NCBI GenBank assembly: GCA_013166835.1
Contig: JABLTI010000061.1
Coordinates: forward strand, 1 to 16,619
Source of the DNA: Promethearchaeati archaeon
Lineage (GTDB): Archaea; Asgardarchaeota; Heimdallarchaeia; JABLTI01
Length of the DNA stretch: 16,619 bases
Direction of reading: 5' to 3'
Position numbers and translations under genes: made by a program. Below are positions 8,205 through 15,728 of this stretch, piece after piece; position 1 is the first letter of the stretch, and each line of letters starts with the position of its first letter. The notes under the pieces are model-generated. The model was not told the origin of the DNA, did not search any database, and worked only from the letters and a program-made list of their open reading frames with translations.

Positions 8205-8525
8205 TTGTCTGAAACGCATTACAATAAATTAGTAAGAGACAATATACCAACAATAATTGAGGAACAAGGAAAAAAACCAATCACTGGAAAAATTAGAAAT
8301 GATAAGGAGTATTTAGAATATCTGGGGAAAAAATTAGTTGAAGAATCAAAGGAATATAGTAAATCTAAACAACTTGAAGAATTAATAGATCTCATGGAAA
8401 TAATCTATTCAATATTGAATCTTGAGGAAATAGCTTTTTCAGAATTTGAAAAGAAACGACTAACTAAAAAGAAAGAACGAGGAGGATTTGATAAGAAAAT
8501 TTTGCTTCTGAAAGTTATTGAATAA
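8205..8525 (+). CDS. MazG-superfamily nucleoside-triphosphate pyrophosphohydrolase (phosphoribosyl-ATP pyrophosphohydrolase-like house-cleaning type)
   Basis: YNKLVRDNIP, KLVEESKEY, EELIDLME, KKKERGGF motifs characteristic of this small family. TTG start. Confidence 0.85.
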   Translation: MSETHYNKLVRDNIPTIIEEQGKKPITGKIRNDKEYLEYLGKKLVEESKEYSKSKQLEELIDLMEIIYSILNLEEIAFSEFEKKRLTKKKERGGFDKKILLLKVIE

Positions 8526-8699
8526 CTTCAAACATCATATACAAATCAATAGTAGCGTTTCAAATAATACTTCAAGTTATCTCACTTGCTGTTATCTTCT
8601 TTTGTAGAATGACTCATTGTATGCCTAAAACAGTATGAGATTTGTAATTACCCATTGAACGATTCTTGGATAGAGCTATTCTTAGGATAAAAGCTATAA

Positions 8700-9056
8700 T
8701 CAAAGAGACCCTTCAACGACGTTAGCGTATTCATTGAGTTCGCTAAGAAAATCTACCAATTGATCATTAATCCTTGATTGAAAAACCGTCCAATCTTCTT
8801 CATCATTTCTGGGAACGTCCTCCCATGAAATCATGTAATTGCTAATTTCAGGATGCTGATCTTGCTGTAGGTTGTATAATCGAACATGAATTGCTTTCAT
8901 ATATCTTGGATCGTCAAGAAAACAACTATGGAAAAACTCTACGGAATAGGTAATAATTTGGCTTTTCTTTATTTTCTTACTAAATTCATCTCGACTGTCC
9001 ATAATTTTCTTTATTGCGCTATCAAACCGCAAGGGTATTTCGACTATGGTTGTCAT
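8700..9056 (-). CDS. Hypothetical protein, 118 aa
   Basis: ATG with AGGTGA Shine-Dalgarno-like site upstream (plus-strand TCACCT at 9063-9068); natural composition; ends TGA-TTA-TAG. Confidence 0.7.
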   Translation of the reverse strand: MTTIVEIPLRFDSAIKKIMDSRDEFSKKIKKSQIITYSVEFFHSCFLDDPRYMKAIHVRLYNLQQDQHPEISNYMISWEDVPRNDEEDWTVFQSRINDQLVDFLSELNEYANVVEGSL

Positions 9057-9322
9057 GCATTTTCACCTGCTACCATAAGCAATATTCGCACATGCCCCCC
9101 TCCCCTTAATTTCCAGTGGAACTCGAAATTAACGGTATGTCATCTATGGGGACAACTACGCTTTATATTGCCAAATATAATATACAACTACTTATCTAAA
9201 AGTTTTACGGTTTATCTATACAAATAAGGTACTATCTAAATGATACACTGATAGTATATACTTTTAAATAAGTGATTCAATATATCTATAACCAACAAAG
9301 TAAATCTGGTGGAAAAAACAAA

Positions 9323-9631
9323 ATGATAACTATACAAGAAACCCAAGACAAACTTTTGGATCTCATAAATTCACGATTATCAATAAGACAATTATCGACT
9401 CCTGGTGTCGAAAGTCCTATGCGAATGCTTGGTGAAAGAATGCTAAACATGTTTGCGGGTCAAATGATATCGGATTCAATGTTGGCTGAACAGAAAGAAG
9501 ACATAAAAGAAGAGTTACTTGAAACAGTCATGAGTTCTCTCGCCCTAGCAGGATTGTTGGGAATTGATCTTCAACGCGAATTAATGGATGCAATAGCTTT
9601 ACTCGAACAAGTTACAGCAGAAGGAGCTTAG
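9323..9631 (+). CDS. Small helical protein resembling a degenerate MazG-like domain
   Basis: EDIKEELLETVMSSLALAGLLGIDLQRELMDAI resembles the MazG C-terminal pattern EELADV...LA..LGIDL. ATG 9323 with GGTGG upstream is preferred over GTG 9272. Confidence 0.6.
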   Translation: MITIQETQDKLLDLINSRLSIRQLSTPGVESPMRMLGERMLNMFAGQMISDSMLAEQKEDIKEELLETVMSSLALAGLLGIDLQRELMDAIALLEQVTAEGA

Positions 9632-9632
9632 A

Positions 9633-9664
9633 ATCCTAGAGATTTTTTTCTCACCTCTAAGGAT
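9633..9664 (+). terminator. Imperfect hairpin enclosing a T-run directly after the 9323-9631 gene
   Basis: ATCCT-AGAG ... CTCT-A-AGGAT flanking TTTTTTT. Confidence 0.35.
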
Positions 9665-9872
9665 CAAGTTCCATAATCTAATTTATTTTAAACAATTTAG
9701 AGATATTTTGTACTCAGTTTTCCATGAGTTTTTTAGAAGGAAAAATTAAGTTTAATAATGCATTTGAGTCTCGATTTTTCAGAGCTTTTCGTCAAACAAA
9801 AAGCTTAAAGAAAGACCCTAATACTTAATTTAAGGTACTGAGAATTGATTAGTAAGAATAGGAAGCAGGACA

Positions 9873-11366
9873 ATGGCAGATAACATTAGTGTTCCAATAC
9901 GAATGCTTGTATTTACTTCTCCTGACTGTTATGCGTGCCCTAATGTCGAGAGAATTGTACACAAACACGTAGGTACATATTATTCTGACATGTGTCATAT
10001 TAGCACAATAGATGTTGTTGAATATCCCAAAGTAGCTGAAAAATATGATATTAGAAGTTTACCCACAGTAATGATTGATGATGAAATCGTTCTCCAAGGA
10101 TTAGTTACAGAAAGTGATATTCAAGATTTGTTATGGCAAAGGGTAACTGGCTCAATCATGGAAAGAGAGGAATCTTTTGATGCGAGAAAAGAAACTCTGT
10201 TGACCATTAGTAAAAATAGTTTTGATTCGATTATGAATGAGGAATTCATTCGACCAAATATTGGTGATTATCTGCACGTTGGAGTGATGCAACAAATGAT
10301 GGTTTCACTCGTGGCTTTAGATAAATTAGTACCACACTTGTTGTATCAAGCTGGGCGCGATGTTGGATTATATGGTGTCGGTACCTATTTGATGATTACA
10401 TTAAATCCAAGTATTGGAACTGAGTTTCGGGCGAAAGAGCGATTTGAAGAAGTAATGACAGGTTTAGTCAAATATTTCGCTGATAATGAAACAATCAACA
10501 TTCCAATGAAACTCGCTGAATCCGCAGAAGTTGTAAAATTGAACGAAGATATGGCAGTTCTTAGAATTAATGGCTTAGCAAGTGCTTGTGGTGCTCCTTT
10601 TGTTGGAGAACCTTTGTGTCATTTTAGTGCTGGGGAAATGGCTGGTATTACTGAAGCATTGACAGGGAAACATGCGGTTGTTCATGAAAGCAAATGTATA
10701 GGTACGGGTCACACATATTGTGAATTTGAAATAATGGTATCAGATGACAAGATTACGAGAACTCAAGAAGAGTACCAAGATGAGTATATAGTAGAAGATC
10801 GTAGTCAGCATTTCCAAGGAATTCTCCATGATATTTCGACAAGATTACATGAATCTTTCATTAGTCCAAAAGATGTCTTTGAGCGGGGAAATATTGGGAA
10901 TGAAGTTCATTTCACAAAACTGCAGCAAGCAATCGTGAACCTTAGAATGGCGGATCCCTTCTCTGGTGCGCTCCTTTACGCGGCCGGCAGACAACTAGGG
11001 ATATTTGGTCCAGGTAGAGATATTTTACAACGATACTTAGAAGATGAAAACTATTCTTGGCCTCTGACTTTAGATCAATCACTACATGTTTTGAATAAAT
11101 TCTTTCATTTCGGTATGATTCAAGCTGCAAAAGAACGATCTGATGTAAAGATAATCGAAGAAGATGATCAGCTGAAAATACGCATATATGAATGTGCAAT
11201 GTCCTCTGGAGCAAAAGACTCAGAAACTACTTTCTGTGATTTCATGGCTGGATATATAGCAGGACGAATACAGATTTTAACAAGTAAAGATTGCATTGTC
11301 ACCGAAACCAAGTGTCATGGTTTAGGCGATAAGTTCTGCGAATTTGAAATCTCATTTGTGGATTAA
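9873..11366 (+). CDS. Thioredoxin/glutaredoxin-like domain fused to two tandem V4R domains
   Basis: N-terminal FTSPDCYACP (CxxC) and IRSLPT cis-Pro loop. Two V4R signatures: C...LCHFSAGEMAG...VHESKCIGTGHTYCEF and EC...FCDFMAGYIAG...VTETKCHGLGDKFCEF. Confidence 0.88.
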   Translation: MADNISVPIRMLVFTSPDCYACPNVERIVHKHVGTYYSDMCHISTIDVVEYPKVAEKYDIRSLPTVMIDDEIVLQGLVTESDIQDLLWQRVTGSIMEREESFDARKETLLTISKNSFDSIMNEEFIRPNIGDYLHVGVMQQMMVSLVALDKLVPHLLYQAGRDVGLYGVGTYLMITLNPSIGTEFRAKERFEEVMTGLVKYFADNETINIPMKLAESAEVVKLNEDMAVLRINGLASACGAPFVGEPLCHFSAGEMAGITEALTGKHAVVHESKCIGTGHTYCEFEIMVSDDKITRTQEEYQDEYIVEDRSQHFQGILHDISTRLHESFISPKDVFERGNIGNEVHFTKLQQAIVNLRMADPFSGALLYAAGRQLGIFGPGRDILQRYLEDENYSWPLTLDQSLHVLNKFFHFGMIQAAKERSDVKIIEEDDQLKIRIYECAMSSGAKDSETTFCDFMAGYIAGRIQILTSKDCIVTETKCHGLGDKFCEFEISFVD

Positions 11367-11376
11367 TTTTGTAATC

Positions 11377-11874
11377 ATGGGGTTGTCTAAAATTAGTGCT
11401 AGAAAATCTAAGAATAAAGTTGGTGTTGGAGATAAAGCTCCTATATTTTCATTACCAGATATAAATGGAAAAACAATTCATCTCAAGGATTACATTGGCA
11501 AAAAAATACTTGTTGTTTATTTTTATCCAAAGGATGAAACTGCTGGTTGTATAGCAGAAGCATGTACTTTTAGAGATAGATATGAATTGTTTAAGAAAGC
11601 AGAAGCAGAGGTATTTGGAATCAGTGGAGATTCAATAGATTCCCATACAGACTTCTCATCCAAATATAAACTCCCATTTATTCTGCTCAGTGATGTAGAT
11701 AATAGTGTGAGAAATAACTATGGTGTGAAGTCAACTTTTGGGATCATACCTGGTAGAGTCACATATATCATTGACAGGAAAGGAGTAATCCGACACATAT
11801 TTGTCTCACAATTTAACCCAAAGAAGCATGTGGATGAAGCTCTCAAAATAATTGATGAGCTAAATAATGAATAA
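11377..11874 (+). CDS. bcp: Peroxiredoxin, BCP/PrxQ subfamily
   Basis: VGDKAP.F.L, YFYPKDETAGCIAEAC (PxxxTxxC with a resolving Cys five residues later), GISGDS, LPFILLSD, GRVTYIID. ATG 11377 is 10 nt after the upstream stop. Confidence 0.93.
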   Translation: MGLSKISARKSKNKVGVGDKAPIFSLPDINGKTIHLKDYIGKKILVVYFYPKDETAGCIAEACTFRDRYELFKKAEAEVFGISGDSIDSHTDFSSKYKLPFILLSDVDNSVRNNYGVKSTFGIIPGRVTYIIDRKGVIRHIFVSQFNPKKHVDEALKIIDELNNE

Positions 11875-11974
11875 GTAGATTTTCATTGGGAAAATTATTT
11901 TTAGAAATGGAAATATTCTTTAAACTTCAACTTATCAAGTCAAATGAAACTATAATTGAATTGAGAGAAGCTTT

Positions 11975-12883
11975 ATGCCAGCAAAACCAAATAGCATAGA
12001 TCAAGAAACATCTAAGCAAGAAGCAGAAGAAGTTAAGAAAACAAAATGGAAACCACCTGAGCTTCCTCGTTTTCTACGCATAATTCTAGCAATAATTGCG
12101 AATACAATTACATTTCTAAATTTTGCTAGCGGAGTTGCTGCTATTGTTTTGGTTTCCATAAATGCGAGAAATTTCTACTTAGGCATTGAGCTTGATAATT
12201 ATCAGTTTGTATTATGGGCAGGTAGACTTGTTCTTCTAGCAATAATTTTTGATTTCACAGATGGAATACCAGCAAGGTTAGCTCAAAAGAAACCTGGATT
12301 TTTTGGTACGTTCGTAGACTCTGCTGCAGATACTGTCTCATTTGGTTTAGCACCTGCAGTAATGATCGCTCTAAGTCTACCCTTAAGAAATACAATTAGT
12401 CCTGCACACCAAATGTTAGGAGTATTTTCAGTTCTTGTAGGTGTATACTTCGGATTTTGTACTTTGTTCAGATTAGTAAGATTCACGAAAACTCCAAGCA
12501 AGAAATGGTTCAAAGGGATTCCATCACCAGGAGCGGGATGCGCTGCAGCTTGCTATATAATAATTAAACTATATATTGAGAGCCAAATAGGCTCAGATTC
12601 GATTGCAACACCAATCATTGGTTTGATACTAATGATATTAACAGGGACAATGATGATAGTTCAAATTAAGTATCCAACAACAAAACTACCAAAGAACTTT
12701 TTAGAAATATTTCTCTTGGGCTTAGCGGCAGTCACAATTGTAGTTTGTGTAGCAACACCTTTTGCCTATGTTATTTATCCTGCTGCATTTATGTTTGCTC
12801 TAACGATTTTTTATGTCTCCTATGGACCATTCTATATGGTCAAACACATGATGGAGCGAGCTAAGACAATAGATGACTATTAA
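11975..12883 (+). CDS. pssA: CDP-alcohol phosphatidyltransferase, PssA/archaetidylserine synthase-like
   Basis: Family motif DFTDGIPARL...G...DSAAD, plus NTITFLN, SFGLAPA, RLVRF and FKGIPSP; multiple TM helices. Substrate is inferred. Confidence 0.85.
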   Translation: MPAKPNSIDQETSKQEAEEVKKTKWKPPELPRFLRIILAIIANTITFLNFASGVAAIVLVSINARNFYLGIELDNYQFVLWAGRLVLLAIIFDFTDGIPARLAQKKPGFFGTFVDSAADTVSFGLAPAVMIALSLPLRNTISPAHQMLGVFSVLVGVYFGFCTLFRLVRFTKTPSKKWFKGIPSPGAGCAAACYIIIKLYIESQIGSDSIATPIIGLILMILTGTMMIVQIKYPTTKLPKNFLEIFLLGLAAVTIVVCVATPFAYVIYPAAFMFALTIFYVSYGPFYMVKHMMERAKTIDDY

Positions 12884-12959
12884 TTGCCGAAAAACAAAAG
12901 CTTTCTAATAGGTTTATGTAAAATTACATGAAAGACAACTTTATTGGAGATTAAAAGAA

Positions 12960-13733
12960 ATGGATTTTCAAAGAATACCATCTAAATCACCCGTAAGTGA
13001 TGCAGTAAAGGGAGGAGTATATATAACAAGTGGAATTGCTGGGTTTGATGTTGCAATTGGAGGAAAGGGAATACCTGATGGTTCTCTTATTTTATTGCTA
13101 GGTGAACCAGGTTCCGGACATGAGATATTTGCTTTGCAAATGCTCCAAAGTCAAGCAAAGGCAGGTAAAAAAGTATTTTATGTTTCAGTAGACAAACCAC
13201 CATCAGAAGTCGAATTAGAAATGATGACTTTTGGGTGGAATATCGATACTTACAAATCACTTGGTTCTTGGACATATATTGACGCATATGGAGCAAAATA
13301 CGCGAGTGATGAAAGTTCACCAGTAATTGCTTGGGATAAAGGATTATTGAATCTTCTCCGAACAAAATTTGTAAATGTAGTAGCCAAATCAGCTCAACCC
13401 TTTACAATTATTGACTCAATTTCACATCTACTACTTGATTATGATGAAGAACAAGTAAGAGAACTCATTCAAAGCTTTGCATCCAATGTAATTCGTAAAG
13501 TAGGTGGAGTTCATATTTTATTAATGGTTAAAGGCATGCATGATGTAAAAACTGAGATTATGTTCAGTCATATAGCTGATGGAGTTATTGATTTCTACTT
13601 ACGTGAAAGATCAGATCAACTTCAAAGAACTTTCAGAGTAAGAAAAATGCGAAAAGCTATTTATGACACCAGACTCTATCCAGTAAATCTGGAAGAAGAT
13701 GGGTTACAAATTGAAACAGCTCAAAGGTTATGA
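12960..13733 (+). CDS. Single-domain KaiC/RAD55-like RecA-superfamily protein with degenerate Walker A
   Basis: SGIAGFD..IGG.GIP.GS..LL.GEPGSGHE, Walker B IIDSIS, HIADGVI, RKMRK. Catalytic GK[T/S] is replaced by GHE. Confidence 0.88.
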   Translation: MDFQRIPSKSPVSDAVKGGVYITSGIAGFDVAIGGKGIPDGSLILLLGEPGSGHEIFALQMLQSQAKAGKKVFYVSVDKPPSEVELEMMTFGWNIDTYKSLGSWTYIDAYGAKYASDESSPVIAWDKGLLNLLRTKFVNVVAKSAQPFTIIDSISHLLLDYDEEQVRELIQSFASNVIRKVGGVHILLMVKGMHDVKTEIMFSHIADGVIDFYLRERSDQLQRTFRVRKMRKAIYDTRLYPVNLEEDGLQIETAQRL

Positions 13734-13867
13734 TAAAAACCTATTTGCTGATTCAATCCTTCTTTCTTTTTAATCTCAAAGGTAATAGTGAAGCTTTTAT
13801 TCTTAGAATGCAAAAGAACTAATGAGAGATTATTTGAGAGTAACTTTAAAAACGAGGAATTACCAGC

Positions 13868-15439
13868 TTGTCTGAAAAAAATCAACCGTGGACTGAATTA
13901 TATCGTCCAACAAATCTAGGACAAATTGTAGGTAACGAAAATGCAGTAGATGCATTAAGAGATTGGTTCGATTCATGGTCACAAAAAGCTCCACGAAAAG
14001 TAGCTTTACTGCATGGACCAGCGGGTACAGGGAAAACGAGTAGTGTAATGGCTTTAGCAAAGGAACGAGGTTACGAACTTGTAGAGATGAATGCAAGTGA
14101 TACTCGAAACAAAGATGCTATTCTAAGAATTGCTGGAGCCTCTGCAAGAGAAGGAACATTGACAGGGGGAGCTAAAGGCAAAAGAATTCTGTTAATTGAT
14201 GAAGTTGATGGTATAACTGGAAGGGAAGATAGAGGTGGGGTAAAATCACTGATCGATGTGATTACTGAAGCTGCAGTGCCAATAATTTGCACAGCGAATG
14301 ATGCTTACAATCAAAAATTAAAAGCATTAAGAAAAGTATCCAAAGTAATAGCCTATTATCCTGTTCACAAAGAATCAATCTTGAAAGTCTTAAAGAAAAT
14401 AAGTAGGGAACAAAAATTTGAGCTCGGAGCAGAAAATCTGAACTTCTTAGCTGAAAATGCACAAGGAGACTTAAGAAGTGCTATTAATGATCTCGAGGGA
14501 ACAGCTTTACAAATCAAAGCTGGGAAAACAACAGACATAGAATTACTCCATACTTATAGGGATCAGACAAAAGATATCCAAAAAGCCTTAGTTGATTTAT
14601 TCAATTCTCAGAATTTCAATGAGGGAAAACGAGCGATTGATGGAGTGAAAATGAAATATGATGAGCTCCTTCTCTGGATTTTTGAAAATGCCTATATGCA
14701 TACTAGTGATGAGCAACTTGCTAGTACCTATGAAACTTTAGCTACAGCGGATCGTTTTCTAGGGCGAATCATGCGAAGACAAAATTGGAATTTACTTTCA
14801 TACTTTTTCGATTTGGTTTCTGGGGGCGTTGCTGTAGAAGTAGATAAACCTCATAGACAAATTAACCAATATACTTTCCCATCAAAGATAGGAATGTATG
14901 CTCAAACAAGATTTTCACGTGCTCTAAGAGATTCAATTGCTTCTAGTATGGCTGAAAAAACACATGTCTCAAAGGTTGCAGCAAGATCTGACTCAATGTA
15001 TTTAGTAAAACAAGTTCTTAATGGAAATATTGGCGATGCTGCTCAAATGGCTTATTGGTTAGAATTGGATGACAATCAAATAAAATCTCTCGTAGAGAAT
15101 CCTGAATACATTCGCAAAATAAAGAAAATCATGAAAGCTTTCGAAGAAGAGAGAATAAAACAACAAACAACAATGGGCAAACAAAAATTCTCAAGTTTTG
15201 ATGATACTGGTGATGATTGGACGGAAATTTTAGAGGAACACGAGAAGAAGAAAGAAGAACAATTAACAGAAGAAAAAAGATTGAAAGAAGAAGAGAAGAA
15301 ACGTAAAGCTGCAGAGAGAAAAGCAAAAAAAGCAAAAAAAGCAACAGAAAAAAAATCTGCAAAAAAAGTACCAGAAAAGAAAAAAATTAATAATGAAGAA
15401 AAAGATGAGAAACAAGTTTCCCTTGAGGATTTCTTTTAA
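13868..15439 (+). CDS. rfcL: Replication factor C large subunit
   Basis: PWTELYRP, Walker A GPAGTGKTS, EMNASD, Walker B LIDEVDG, GDLRSAINDL, charged C-terminal tail, terminal PIP box QVSLEDFF. TTG start. Confidence 0.95.
   Translation: MSEKNQPWTELYRPTNLGQIVGNENAVDALRDWFDSWSQKAPRKVALLHGPAGTGKTSSVMALAKERGYELVEMNASDTRNKDAILRIAGASAREGTLTGGAKGKRILLIDEVDGITGREDRGGVKSLIDVITEAAVPIICTANDAYNQKLKALRKVSKVIAYYPVHKESILKVLKKISREQKFELGAENLNFLAENAQGDLRSAINDLEGTALQIKAGKTTDIELLHTYRDQTKDIQKALVDLFNSQNFNEGKRAIDGVKMKYDELLLWIFENAYMHTSDEQLASTYETLATADRFLGRIMRRQNWNLLSYFFDLVSGGVAVEVDKPHRQINQYTFPSKIGMYAQTRFSRALRDSIASSMAEKTHVSKVAARSDSMYLVKQVLNGNIGDAAQMAYWLELDDNQIKSLVENPEYIRKIKKIMKAFEEERIKQQTTMGKQKFSSFDDTGDDWTEILEEHEKKKEEQLTEEKRLKEEEKKRKAAERKAKKAKKATEKKSAKKVPEKKKINNEEKDEKQVSLEDFF
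15320..15346 (+). repeat. Short 9-bp tandem repeat in the low-complexity RFC-L tail
   Basis: AAAGCAAAA twice plus AAAGCAACA, encoding KAKKAKKAT. Confidence 0.5.
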
Positions 15440-15728
15440 TAAAATAAGTTAAAATACTTGTTCATCCAATGTTTAATAGGGAATAATATTGAATCGTAGG
15501 ATTTCTTTCAAAGAGGTTATAAGTAAAACTCTCTATAGAATTTTTTACGTTTTAACATTTCCTTTTCGATTTTGCATATTATTTATTCTAAAATCAAAAA
15601 AACACGATGAAGCAAGAACAGATGCAATTCGGTTAAGCTATAGCTATAGTGATTAATTAGCTATTTTAAAAGAAAAATTAGCATTACCTATTGATGTTTT
15701 AAAAAATATCAAAGGAATTGCTGCTACA

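Noticed and set aside
9060-9160. tRNA or CRISPR repeat in the GC-rich intergenic patch
   Set aside because: No cloverleaf or T-loop consensus, and no regularly spaced direct repeats anywhere in the window.
8886-9227. Plus-strand 113 aa ORF
   Set aside because: Overlaps the minus-strand 8700-9056 gene, which has an SD site and more natural composition.
12960-13733. A bona fide KaiABC circadian clock
   Set aside because: Single domain rather than a CI-CII tandem, inactive Walker A, and no KaiA or stand-alone KaiB in the window.
10942-15362. Minus-strand ORFs 10942-11214, 12283-12513, 13087-13365, 13860-14096, 14071-14292, 14262-14462 and 15129-15362
   Set aside because: Antisense to confidently identified genes; the Leu/Phe-rich 15129-15362 ORF simply mirrors the Lys/Glu-rich RFC tail.
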